Assembly: GCA_011109175.1 (NCBI GenBank)
Contig: RDEW01000004.1
Coordinates: 272,030 to 336,029, forward strand
Source: Dicyema japonicum
Taxonomy: Eukaryota > Animalia > Dicyemida
Length of the DNA stretch: 64,000 bases
Direction: 5' to 3'
Shown here: in pieces, positions 38,070 through 51,329 of the stretch
Numbering within the stretch: the first letter of the stretch is position 1
Layout: each line of letters begins with the position of its first letter
Translations under genes and position numbers: made by a program
The notes under the pieces: model-generated
What the model was told of the DNA's origin: nothing
Database searches by the model: none
What the model saw: the letters and a program-made list of their open reading frames with translations, nothing else

Positions 38070-40100
38070 TCTCCTTTCGGGGTCATCGTAGACCCCAGGT
38101 GTTATGTTTCAAAAAGTCCACATATTCCCCGAGGAATTCCTCAGCCCACCGTTGAGAAAGGAAATTTACTGCTCTCTAATTGAACATCAATGGGATTAAA
38201 GGCAAGATCAGGGAACTCCGTTCAATCCTGGCAAATCAGAAGATCGACGTGGCTATGATCCAAGAAAGTAAACTCTGCATGAATGATCCTATTCCTTTAT
38301 TCCCCGGCTACAAGTCTATTAGGATGGACATGAAACATAGAAAAGGCGGAGACCTAATCACTCTATTCAAAAAGAATCTGAAATGCAAGGTCATCATTTC
38401 AGAGGTGAAACAGTGCATTAGGGATGATAAGGTTACTGTAGTAATCGTAATCTCATTGGGTATAACAAATGGAAGGCTATTTCTTATGAACATCTATGTT
38501 CCTCCTCCTGGGTCATGCCCCAAGGGCTGTGATATTCAAAATATTTCAATATTAACTACCTTCGATGAGATCATCATCTGCGGGGACCTGAATGGCAAGG
38601 GGACAATGTCTGGACGTGGTGAAGGTGAAAAGGAAAAAACTCAGGAGCAAAAAGATTCAAGAAGATCGATCCTTTCCCTTCATTGGACAAAGCGATCACG
38701 TACTTCAACAACTCGATCATAAGAGCAAGATCATACTCTATACCAAAATATTCACTAAATTCATATAGTGGACATGGGAAGACGGCTTTGATTAAAGAAA
38801 GAAATCTTTAAAAAATCTAATCGGATTACAGCAGAAAATAAACTCCGGCTTAGAGCGCTAAACAACGAAATAAAGGCAAAAGAACTAAAATCCCAGAGAG
38901 CCAAGTGGAACCTAGTACTTACGAAACTGGATCGAAATAGCTCCACTGGAGAAGAATAAAAAGTGGCAAAGGCTGATGAGGTTTCACCTTTTAAAGACTA
39001 CACTCAGAGAGATGTCAATGGAATTATAAAATTCTACGCCAAGATATTATTCAAAGATTACAAAAAGTCGGATGGGCCACCGTTATCACGATGGAAGCTG
39101 AAAAAGATGTCAGACACTATCTACTTCTCGGAGAAGGAAGTGAGGGAATAATTAGTTTTATACAACATATTCCCACGGCCCGGATAACATCCCGAAGATC
39201 CTACTAAAGAAAATTGGAGATGGAGGAATCACCTTCCTTACGGCCATCTTCAACTTTTTGGTTAATTAAAACGTAATACCATTACTAAGGAAGCAGGCAT
39301 ACATTCGCTCAATTCTCAAACCAGGGAAACCAAAAGAGGACGTCTTACAAGCCGAGGCATCTAAGAACAGTGCTCTGTTTTCTGGACATGACTCCGTCTT
39401 ATTTTTGTCCGATATCCCGTCTCCGGAATCCGAAAACTATGTTCTTCTCTCTTATGTAGATGATATTGATTTGGCTTCAAGAGACCAGAATATTCAGAAT
39501 GGCACAGAGAAGATCCAAATTAACTTGGATATTCTAAACGCCTGGATAATGTAGAACCGGCTTATGGTGATTGTAGAAAAGTCAACCACTTTTATTTTGG
39601 AAAAGAGGGAAGGAAGAGATTTACTTTGAAGTTAAACAAAGTCGACATCCCTTTCAATAGATGTAAAGGATGATATGCATCTTTATACACGTAGAAATAT
39701 TATTGTGGAATGTGAAAAAAAACTGAGTCTATTAAAAAGTTTATCGGAGATTGGGAAAATTAATACTCGGTAATGATGAACGTGTACGGACAGTACATCG
39801 AGCCATATTTATTAATTACATGCGCCTCGTGGGGACCGTCAATATTTTGATCAAATATGAGGAAGATCTGGGAAATGCAAAAGCGGGCTCTCAGAGTTAT
39901 GGAACGTTGGATTGTGGGGAACATCGAACCGGATCCACTCCTCTGGAGACCCTTATGTGACTTGTCTCCTGAATGCGGGCCCGTAAATTCTGTCAGCTGC
40001 CAAATAAGGTCATGTATTGGTACGAGGGAGGAACACCGGGCCAAGATGAGGTCTCTAATGGAATATCACGTGATAATTAGTTTTGTTTTGCCTTGGTGTT
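38070..40100 (+). mobile_element. Decayed APE-type LINE ORF2
   Basis: NINGIKGK...IDVAMIQESK, NIYVPP, IICGDLNG, GPDNIP, SYVDDI. Confidence 0.8.
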
Positions 40101-40799
40101 GGGATGTTAAATATTAAATCTTATTACTGCGGGCCCTTATGCGATCTTGAATTAAAAATTTATGCCTATGTTTGAAACAATCGCCATAATCCTGATCCTA
40201 ACCTAACAAGGACCCGCATGACCAGATGCCCTATATCATTCATTTATATCTGGCAGACTGGACATACTCTGATTATGTCAAAAAATCTCGTTTCCAGCTT
40301 TGTTTCAATGTTATGTCATTATTTAGTAGAATTGCTCCATTTCCTTCAATAAATCAGCCCCTTTGACAGACAAAATAGCCTTACATGGTTGTATTCGATG
40401 GGGATGACGTGTCTGAACAGTTTCCAATAAGATTCCACTTTTCGTAGATCGTAGTACTCTGTTGGACCAATTGCACTCGTTGGAATTATTAAAGCATAAA
40501 GGAATGAAAACAAATAACAACACAATAAAATTAGATAGTTATTGGTAAAGTATAGCATCACGTCCTGGTAAAGTATCACGTCCGAGCTAAGTCATACTTA
40601 ACATTCCAAAACAAATGGTTATTTTTTTGGAGGAAAAACGAAATTTTTAATTTTGTCTAAAAACAAGTTCAACGTAGAATGGGACATAAATGGGAGACCT
40701 TGACATCAGCTTCCGATTTTGAAGGAAAAGCGAAATTAATCACAATAAAAAAATAAAAAATAGTTCAAAAAGTTAATTCAAGAGGATCAAGAAGTGCGA

Positions 40800-41520
40800 C
40801 ATTAAAAGTTAGTACTTCTCCACGATCTACAGGAGCTACTACTGTCAAAAAATGTGAAGAGGAGATCAAAACAGTTTGCACGTCTACAGAAACTAAAAAC
40901 AAGTCTATTCCTCACGATCCTCCTGGTTTTGAATACTCTGGAAATGTATTTATACAGATCTCTGTTACGTCGAGTATGGGAGCCATCAAAATTTATAACG
41001 TACTGCACTCGCTCGACTTGACAAGGTCTATCAGATTGAGGGATTTTCCGCCTCGAAATCAGAAAGGAGGAGGACAAAAGGAACTTTCGTGAACATGTAA
41101 ATGGTACTTCACCATTTGGTCTTGGAAACCATTGCTTCAGTGAAATCCAAGTGAGACCGTCCAAAATTGTGTTGAAGAACCTGCCCTTTTGGGTTGATGA
41201 TAACGACCTTCATGAATTTGTCAAGGAATTAGCTCCTTCTACTACGAGCATATGCTGTTTCTACAAAGGAGACTCCCTCTTACAAAAGTTATAGTTGGAT
41301 CAAGAGCGGAGGCTACATCGCTAGTCCGTCTTGGTTTCAACATTGCCCACGTGCAAATTGCCAATGCTATGGACACATATCCTCCTTCTGTAAGGAGATG
41401 TCTCCGTTGCATACTGGGGAAGGGACCTACTAGGAGTTAACTAACTGGAGATAGGCTTACTAGCTTTGTACCTACTACATTCTGGATATAAGGGCGTTTA
41501 GAGGATTCATGGGATCCGAT
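40800..41520 (+). mobile_element. LINE family A ORF1 fragment
   Basis: PFGLGNH...PSKIVLKNLPFWV...RRCLRC. Confidence 0.7.
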
Positions 41521-41799
41521 GCTAGGACGATATTAAAATGGAGATGGGGTGCATCGGAAGTGTCCAGGCCTCATATGAGGACTCGTTAAAATACCTCTTA
41601 AACTAACTCCTAATTCGTGTTTCGAATAAAGGTTAGGTTCATGGACTTTTGCCTTTTGTTACGTTTTCAATCTTTTTGATGATGTTGCAATTGTTCAATT
41701 CTTTGGTTATCATGGAAGTACATTGTGATTCCTTTGGTTTCATTAATGACTCCTTTAACCATATGTTTTGGAGTGATAAGTTTTACTTAGCAGCCCGGA

Positions 41800-42290
41800 C
41801 TCGAAGATGGCCCCAGGCTCTCATACTATACGACATTTATTAACAGCCGCCAATCAGTTCATTCAAAAAATATTTAGGGGTAACTTTCTACACCCTCATG
41901 ACTTTCAGCCACACTTATGTCAAACGTAATCAGTGCTTCGATACGAAAACTTAACTTCATGAAGGTGTTCGTCTCAAAATTTAAAGGATCCTAAAACCGG
42001 TCACTATCCACAATAAGTTATGGATGTACAGCTTAGAGAGCAAAACTCGCCACAACAATCATGTAAAAGATCAACTCTTATCAATCCAGTATGACCAAAC
42101 AATCTCTTAAATAATAGGACTACCGATAAGGGCAACCCCATTTGAGGTCTTTGTGAGGAGGTCGGGCGGCTTATTCACCAAAAATGATAAACCGCCAAAA
42201 GAACGGTGTTATCGAAAATTTGTCGGTTCCCGAGAGCAACACTCAGAAAAGATGAGAATTTTACTCAGAAGCGGGAGTATTAGTGATTAT
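41800..42290 (+). mobile_element. LINE RT C-terminal fragment
   Basis: KYLGVTF...MTFSH; decayed. Confidence 0.45.
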
Positions 42291-42361
42291 AGGCTTATAT
42301 TATAAATAATAGAAAGCTCTTTAATTGACAATAACACTTTATTAACAATACAAAACGTAAA

Positions 42362-43371
42362 TTAGTCACAACATGGACTAAACTACAAATATAACAAAAT
42401 ATTACGTAAAACTCTAGAATAGCAGACTTTCCGTTAATATAATCCACTAAAAACTGCATGCACATAAATCCATAGTCATCCAATCTCAGGGAAGCTTTAC
42501 AACCACAAACAAATGCTTTAGACAAAGACTTAAACTTGGCACATCGAAATCTTGTATTACCAAAATCTAATACTTTGATGTAAGTGGAGAGTAAACTTCA
42601 AATAATTCAATTTTATCGCTAGTAACGACCGTTGACCACTTCCAATAATAATAACAATAACCGTAAGGGCGGCCATAGTGCTAGAAAAGTCAATCTTGAG
42701 GACATTGGAGTCTACAGTAAACGAAATAAAGTCAAAGGAGCTATCAAAATCACTTAATGCCTCTTGAAGCAAATCAGTCTAAAATTAATATAAATAACAA
42801 CAAAGTAGACAAATAAATTAAAAAAATAAAATAAATTAAAAAATAATTTAAACCTTAATTATCAATTTTGCCGCAGTGGTTGTCGCGTTGAAATCAAATA
42901 TGGCGTTCTCCTGTGACCCCATTGTTCCCAGATTACACTCTACAGTCCTCCCGTTTACATTAGTCCTAAAATCAGACGGAACTTAACTGTAACTTAAGAT
43001 TTGAGCCGATCTGATGGAGGGAGAGCTTCACATACATTGATTCATCAGTAGAATTGAGGACTTGCACGATGGAGAGGACTTGCTGTCATAAATGCAAGTG
43101 GTTTACCACTAAGAGGGAAATATTGAAAAGAAATTCAAGCTGAGTTGTTGCTAAATCGAACTCCTCGAATAAATCTCTGCCAATGTAGGCGTTTATTTGC
43201 AGTGATTTGCATTCGTCCACTGTGAGACGAAGTCCGTTATCCGAAATTGTTATGTGGGAGTACTTTGGAATTTATTACGTTGTTGACCTCTTTTATGAGC
43301 AATGGCTTTATTAGGGAGGAAAACTTTGTGATATCAAGGATCCCAACAAAGACATCACTACATTTAGACAT
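42362..43371 (-). CDS. RAD1: RAD1 subunit of the 9-1-1 checkpoint clamp
   Basis: Introns 43263-43287, 43083-43106, 42966-42987, 42779-42853, 42639-42661, 42551-42573 and 42383-42405 give NGLRLTVDECKSLQINAYIGRDLFEEF...LLQEALSDFD...SKAFVCGCKASLRLDDYGFMCMQF...ILEFY, collinear with RAD1. Confidence 0.93.
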
Positions 43372-43477
43372 TTTAAATTATTTATTAATTTTATAATTAT
43401 TTCTTTTATAAATATATGACCTTTTGTTACGAAATTTAGTAGAAAACTCTTTATTAGTATCCTCAAGGCGGCCCTAT

Positions 43478-46100
43478 TTTTGGTGAGTAGTGACGTGCCT
43501 CGTTTCTTCTCTGTACAACGGTTAAGAAAAATGTCTAAAAATCAAAAGATACAAGAGAATATGCTGTCATAAAGCTTTTTACGTTCAATGCTAGAGGAAT
43601 ATATAAGCCTCAGTCAAGAAATACTCTCTGTGGTGACCTAGAAAGATATAACGTTTCCATTGGCTGCATACAAGAGACGAAAATTGCGTACTATCTCGAT
43701 GAAAACCATAAAAATATCGACTAGCCTACCAGTGACTCAAAACACTATGGTCTTGGATTCGCCATTCACAGAAAACTTTCATCTGACATCAGTCGCATTT
43801 GGCGGGTGAATGACAGGATCTCGTAATACAGATCCGTCTGAACAACCAATGTTCCCTAAAAATACACTAACAATTATAAATGTATATGCGCCACACTGTG
43901 GAAGAGTGGCAAAATACCCACCGAACTGGATGAATTCTACTCAGCACTATCGTCCTCACTTATATTCATTGCTGGCGATCTAAATGTGAAAATTGGAACA
44001 AAAAAGAACTCAGAAGATACCTTGATGGGAAAACACGGACATGGGAAAAGAAACTTACCTGGGACCATACTTAGCCATTTCTGCACGGCAAACAAACTGT
44101 CTTGTGCAACACTGCATTCTCTCATCGTGCATGCCACATAACCACTTGGATGGGCGAACGGAGAAACCCAGATTTAAAACTAGTCCCTATATACCAAATT
44201 GATTATACTATATGCCAGATTAACGACAAACGCTCTCTTATAAACGCACGCTTATACGAAGGTTCAACAACTGTCAGCGATCACAGAATGGTTATTGTCA
44301 AAACATGGTATCAAACATAACAACATTACAAGCAATAATAATGAAAATACAAGAAGAAACAGAAAAACTGATCTCTCAATCAGATAAAGTCAAAATTTAC
44401 CAAAAATACATCTCCTCTTATCTGAAGGACCTAACAGTAGGAATTTCGTGGGATCGCACAAAGAATGTAATAAACAAAGCAGCAAGCCAGTACTTCGGCA
44501 CGCGGGAGATGGCCAGTAAAGGTCGGACGATACATACAGAACTAGCAAAGGAGTTAGCAAAGGTGTTAAAAGAAATCCATACAAAAAACTAAACGAAAAT
44601 GACTATAACAAGATAAAAGTTCTTTAGGGGCAGAAGGACCAAATCCGTAGAATAATCAGGAGACTGAACAAGACACTCCACCAAGAAGAAATGCTTCGCA
44701 AAATCAATGAAGTATCCAAACTAAAATATTTCCAAATGTATATGGCCGCTCGTTTACTACGCCATACAAACCGGAACGAATAATCATCAAAGACAAAATT
44801 GGCGATACATTAATGAATACTGAAGAGCAAGCGGAGGTAATTGCAACACATTTTGAGAAACTTTTCAATGTGACTTCAGCAATCCCCCCATTCAAAGGAA
44901 AGCCTAACCCTTAAAAGAACCAATTACAATTTTGGAAGTAAAAGCAGCATGTCAAAAACTAAAAAATAACAGAAGCGCTGGACCAGATACGATAAACCCA
45001 GAATTACTGAAATACGGCCCTGACTCCCTTTTTGAAAAAATTGCTACACTACTAAATGAAATGTTTTCATTTAACTCAACTTTGCCCCTGGGAAGGGAAT
45101 TACTAATACCTATACAAAAAACCAATAAACCCAAAGGACCGGTTGAAAACTTACGACCTATTATATTATCAAATTCTGTATGTAAAGTCTTAGCTAACAT
45201 TGTATTGGAACGAATAAAAGGACCCGCCTATGAATACCTACCCGAAAGTCAAAGTGGGTTCAGAGAAGGAAGATCAACAGCTGATGCAGTCTGGAGTCAC
45301 AGATAGAGATGTGCAACACATCAAAGATATTTCAATGCCATCCACATTCTGGGAATAGACATATCAAAAGCCTTTGACTCGGTTAACAGGAAAATTGATG
45401 ACAGTGCTGGAAGGGTTTATTGACGAATCGAGTCTAAGAATGATTCAAATCCTTCTATCTAACACAGAGCTCCTTGTGAGAGTTGGAAAAACCTACTCAA
45501 GAAAATTTGAAACAAACACAGGCACTCCTCAAGGAGACTCCCTCTCTCCGCTACAACTCACAATATACTTGGAGGCCCCTATGAGGGAACTGAGACCATT
45601 ATACCAAGGAAAAATAGAAGTGATTTATGCTGATGATGTCGACCTAATCTCTGAAGACAAAGAACTCCTGGAACATGTACTAGAAAAAGTGAAATGGTTT
45701 TTCACCGTAAACAAAGAAAAAACAGAACGGACAGAAATAAGACAAATGAATAACTCACTCGAAGAGAAATGGAGACACACAAAGAAACTTGGCACCCTAT
45801 TAGGAAATAGTGAAGATATACGGAGAAAAACCATGGCAAACGAGGCATTACACAGGCTGAAAAACCTATGGCTAGACGGAAAAGTAATAACATAAAACAA
45901 AGTATAATGTTATACGACATCTTTATCAAACCAATCCTCCTATAAAATTCTGGGACTTCGGGCACCTCAAATGAAGAATTGGAGAGGCTAGGCCAGGACC
46001 AAGAACAACCCTCCCAGTCGTTTTACAAAATTTACAAAACGATCTGAAAGCCGTGAAGAAAACATTGGCATCTGGTGACGATCTGGACACACTGAGGAAC
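43478..46100 (+). mobile_element. Near full-length decayed RTE
   Basis: INVYAPH, IAGDLNVKIG, SAGPDTINPELLKY, QSGFREGRST, GTPQGDSLSP, YADDV, KKLGTLLG; the 5' motif is shared with 56595. Confidence 0.9.
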
Positions 46101-46229
46101 CTGGCTAAGAATTAGTTAGCTTGGAGCAAGCATTTTTAATATGTTTTATTGCTAAAAATAGTTTGGTCAACCATTTTTCGTGAATTTTTATTTTAAACGC
46201 AAAAAATACTACCCTTAATATTAATTTGG

Positions 46230-46640
46230 CAGTACATGTGACCAAGATATATTTGGTTCGTGGATAGTTTCATGAAATCAAATAATAGTGATTAGAGTTG
46301 ATTCAATGTGTATTGATGGAAGTCCTTCCATGCTTGGTTATCTGTTTGTCGCTCAAGTCTAAAAAGTTTATTACCAGAGGATATGAAGGATGTTCTCGAT
46401 CGAAATATAAAAATAGTAAATTATTTGTTAACTTTTTTAACGGGATCTACAATAATTTTTCAAAGTGTGAATAAAATGATTCTGAACAATCAATCTTAAT
46501 ATTTCATAAGATGACTTTCGAAAGGAAGGGTTATGACAAGAGTTGTCTAGTTGTATTGTCAGTTTTTTGAATGACTATGGATTTAAACATTTATTTGAAT
46601 TCATTGATTTAACATGCAGGACCAGAAATCACATTGATTT
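46230..46640 (+). mobile_element. hAT transposase remnant
   Basis: CIDGSPSMLG; LPEDMKDVLDRNIKIVNY. Confidence 0.65.
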
Positions 46641-46689
46641 TAATATTTTAAAAATAAAACTTTAAATATAAACGCACACCCTCTCTAAA

Positions 46690-47100
46690 CCATCTCTCCT
46701 GCAGGAAGAGTAAGGCAAATCTCCCAGATACATGGTCTTGAACAAAGTCGTTAGGTGAGCTTTGAAAGCCGCCTGACACCGCTCCATGCTCGTACAAGTC
46801 GGTCTTCGTAGGCGTGACAAAATGATCATCTTCCTTTTTGAAGCCTAAAACCTCTTGTCTAAGTCGTCACCTTCACTGACACGTTTGCCCCCTTGCAACA
46901 TATTGCAAATTGCCTCTAAAGCCTGTTCGGCCTCTGAAAAGGCTGAGAGATTGAAGTGGGAAAATTACGCAGTTTTAGCCAAGGATTTATGCAAACTATA
47001 TCTCTAAACTGTATTTCTTTCGCGGTACTAAATGGTCTACGGCACAAATCCGCATCCCTTCGATCAGCTCTTCTCGTTTAGAAAGATCTCGTTAATGTTT
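46690..47100 (+). mobile_element. CRE-like RLE fragment
   Basis: NKVVR*ALKAA, FTDTFA, ASEKAERLKWENYA. Confidence 0.55.
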
Positions 47101-47289
47101 GAATTGTTAGGCATTCCGATGAAAAATAAATGATTACTTTTATTTACAAATTTTTTAATTTTTAGAAATTGATTTTCTAATTAAATTTGTTTATTATGCT
47201 TGCTTATGTAAAAAAATTAATTTATTTTTTGATTATCCAATTGCACCATTCTAAGAGTGTTCTAGATATTGAAGATTGACATCCTGGTG

Positions 47290-48460
47290 GTCAAAAAGTT
47301 ATTATGAATACACATTGTGAATTTGTTTCCGTCGAGGTGATATGTTGTGGCATTGGATACACGTTGGAGGAATGTATTCAAAAGACCTTAGAAAGTGCTC
47401 CACAGAAATTGAAGAATTCTTCACAAGAAACGATATGTCTGTCCAAGTGGGAGATCTAAATGCCAAGACCATTAAATATGGGTGCTTCGGAACCAACGAG
47501 AATGGAATCAGGCTAAGAAAATTGGTGGAGACATGCTTGGGGTGTACCTGGTGTCACCGCTGTTCTACACTTATGTGGAAAGACCATGTGGGACATCAGG
47601 AGCGACCACATCCCCCAAGAGATGTTACTGAACCTGGCTCCGGACACCACGGAGTCAGTGTTTACAGGATAGACCTATCAAGATTAAACTGGGAACACTA
47701 TAGAAGATACATATCTAGAAACCTCAAAAACTGGAAGGAGGGGCCTTATTCCCGAAGTGATATTGACAACATAGACAAAGACCTTTCCATTGTGATGGAG
47801 AAATACTTATTACTTTACGAAAGGAGGAGACCCTCAAGTATCAATTATGGGAAGAGCATCAGTCTTTCTCCTTCTACACTATCTATGATTAATGAAAGAA
47901 ACCGCCTGAGGAACAAACTCAGAAGATGTGTCGACTGATTGGACCGGATTGCATTGACCGGTCAACTGAAGATAATCAACAAAGCCATTGAAGAAAGAAC
48001 AAGACTGTCTCAAGAACAATGTTTGAGGGTAGAGGCAAGCAAACTAAACACCAAAGACTCCTCGTTCTGGAAGTTCTACAAATAGAAAAAGTACCTTCAG
48101 TATTCAAAAAACAACTGGAAAATATACAGGGTGTTGACCCTGTTAGTATTATACATGAAAAATTTTCAGAGGAGATGTCTAATTCCATGAACTACTCTAT
48201 CTGGGAAGTCTGGTAGAGGAAATCACTTTGGCAGAAGTCAGAACAGCTATTCGCGAGTGCAAAAACAAGGCGTTCGAATTTGATAGCATTCCCATGATTA
48301 TGTTTAAAGAAAGGTCTGATGGATCACTATTTGTTCTACGAAGGATGTATAAACTCGAGTCTTAAGCTCGGAGATGTTTTTCCGTTATGGAAGCGATCTA
48401 TTGTGAAGATGATCCTCAAACCTGGAAAGTCGAGGAAGGATCCTCTTAGTTACAGCTCTC
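47290..48460 (+). mobile_element. LINE family A APE-to-RT fragment
   Basis: VGDLNAK, SDHIPQ, WKRSIVKMILKPGK; near-identical to the reverse complement of 6350-6920 apart from a 61-nt deletion. Confidence 0.85.
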
Positions 48461-48664
48461 TGATTTGAATCTAAATAATATCAATCTTAGACAAGTCATT
48501 ACAGTTGTAGGGAGACATGGAACTGAAAAACACCAATTCGGTGGGAAAATAACTGAATATTTTTAATAGTATTTTTTTGTTGGATTTATTTTAATTTTTA
48601 CATTTTATTAAGAAAAGACAATGTTAGAATTTTTATCAATATTAAATAATTTTATTTTATTGTA

Positions 48665-51194
48665 TTGAAAGGGCAATTTCTTCGACTGACCCAGTGGATT
48701 GGACACGATTATTCTACTTTGCACCATACACGCTATGTGTCAGAAGAGGAAAGATCAGGAATCGCTCACGTCTATTGTAAAGGACAATATTTGCTTGTTT
48801 TCTTCTGGAAATTTGTTCAGTGACTCCTGAGAATATACCTTCAAGCCCTCAAACCACAAAAAACATGCCTCAGAAACTCAATGATTGGGAAGAGCGATAC
48901 ATCGCAAACTATCTGAAGGTGGAGTCTGGGCCGCCGTTAGGACTTTAGAAGAGCATAACCGTCTAATTGAGCCAACTGAACACTCCTACGATGCACTGGT
49001 TGAACGACATCCTGGTCCGCCAGTGGACGAACAGATCCTTACTTGCTCTGGAGAATTACCTAGTCTGATTATTTCTGAGGGGGACGTGAAAGATGCGATC
49101 CTCTCATTCGCTCCAAGCAGCAGTGGGGACTTGACGGACTCCGTCCAGGACACCTAAAAGACTTAATTGATCAGAATACGGGGAACTCTGGTGTTCGGCT
49201 ATTATCGGCTATAACGAGGTTAATCAACAGAATGCTTTCCGGAAGATTACCAGAAGCAATCCGTCATATTATGTTTTCCGCCAAGTTAATTGCCTTTGAT
49301 AAATGTGGAGGAGGAATTCGTCCTATTGCTGTTGGGTTTGTTTTTCGTCGACTGGCTTCTAAACTTGCTAGCAGAGCAATCCTTCCGATGCTTGTCAAAC
49401 AACTGCGACCAACCCAAGTAGGGGTCGGTACTCCTGGTGGATGTGAGGCGGCGGTTCATGCCGTTCGGATGTTTACTGGAAACAGAACGAACATGCCTTG
49501 TGTGGTCCTCAAGATTGACATAAAAAACGCCTTCAATACCATACGGCGCGATGTAATTTTGGAAGATTGTCTTACCCATTACCCGTCTATATATAATTAT
49601 GTTCATTGTTCGTATGGAAAACCGTCCAGTCTTGTACATGGGAAATACTTCATTCCCTCGTCGTGTGGTTCAGCAAGGAGACCCACTAGGACCGGCATTG
49701 TTCTGCCTCGGTGTCGACCGTGTCATGAGATGCCTTACTACTCCGCTGAACGTGTGGTATTTGGATGATTGCACCCTGGGAGGTCATCCTAACAATGTAT
49801 ATGACTGTCTACAGAGATTACTAACCAATTGGATACGCTTGGTTTAAAGCTAAACGCATCCAAATGCGAAATTGTTAATTATGGATTCTCCCGATATGAA
49901 TGGAATCGGATCCTATTAATGTTTCGGGGGATTATTCCTAAAATATCGGAAATCGAGCCGGATCATTTGGAAATACTTGGATGCCCTCTGGCTGAAACTG
50001 GAATTAACGACACTCTGTTGGCTAAAGAACAGCAACTAAGAAAAACTTTTTTACGCCTTGGGATGCTGGATGCACATACCTCTCTTTTTCTCATGAAAAA
50101 CGCTTTATCCACGCAGAAATTAAATTACGTCCTTCGAGGAGCTCCATGTTACCTGAAAATGCAACAACTCGGGGCGATTGACTCCCTATTCCGGTCTACG
50201 ACCGAACGTATTACTAATGTCGAATTCGACGAACAAGGATGGGAACAAGCAACCTTGCCCGTTCGCTTTGGTGGACTCGGAATTCTCTCACCATCTGATT
50301 TAGCACACCCGGCATATCAATCCTCATTGGACTCCAATCAGAATTTGATCATGATGATTCTCCAGCTCCCATCAGAGTCGTCAAAGATCGAAGATTTGGT
50401 ACACCCTAAAGTCAAACAACTCGGGCAGAGAGACCTTTATGAGTCTGTTGCGAGGATAAATACGAGAGGCTTTTGAAAATATCTAACCAACACCGACGAG
50501 CCTGTCTTTTAACTGCAAGATGCGAGTGGAGCGGGGCTTGGATCAATGCCCTACCATTGGAAACGTGGGAACTCACCTAGACGATGAAACGGTCCGCACC
50601 GGAGTCTCCATCAGACTTGGATTGAAAGTTTGTCAACCCCATGAGTGCCGATGCGGCCGGAAGGTCGACTGCTATGGACATCATGCCCTTTCTTGTCGAA
50701 AAAGCGCAGGTCGATTCGCTAGACACAAGGCTATAAATGAAGTGGTGAAGCGCGCCCTCGAGTTGGCGGGATACCCATCCATTCTAGAGCCAACGGGCTT
50801 GAGTAGGGATGATGGGAAGCGACCCGATGGAATTACTGTCTTCCCCTTCTCTCGGGGCAAATGCTTAATTTGGGATGCTGCCTGTACTGACAGCTTTTCC
50901 CAGTCGAAACTTTTGAGGTCGGCAATGAAAGCGGGAGAGGCCGCCCGTTTATATGAAAACTCAAAAATAAAGAAATACAGCAGCCTCCTAAACCGTTTCC
51001 ATGTACAGCCAGTGGTCGTCGAGACGAGCGGAGTTTTTGGCCCCAAGACGGTCTCTTTCCTTAGAGCACTTGGGTGTCTATTGACCAAAGCCTCGAAGGA
51101 GCGTCGGGAAACCGAGTGGCTTTTCCAAAGGATATCCCTGGCAGTAGTCAGAGGTAACAGCCACTCGATCATATCCGCTGGACTCAGTAATTAA
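48665..51194 (+). mobile_element. Best-preserved CRE-like element (RT, CCHC, RLE), 5'-truncated, with a few frameshifts
   Basis: GGIRPIAVG, GGCEAAVHAVR, KIDIKNAFN, VQQGDPLGPALF, WYLDD, LPVRFGGLG, CRCG...HALSC...RH, GKRPDG, WDAACTD, VETSG. Confidence 0.93.
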
Positions 51195-51329
51195 CTACTC
51201 ATGTTTCCTAATAATAAATTTGTTTTACTGAAAAAAAATGTAATTTATTGTTTAAAATGCAATAAAAATGTATGGAGGATATAATAAAAGCAAATAATTT
51301 TTTACCCTCGCTTTTTGGGGCACTATGAT

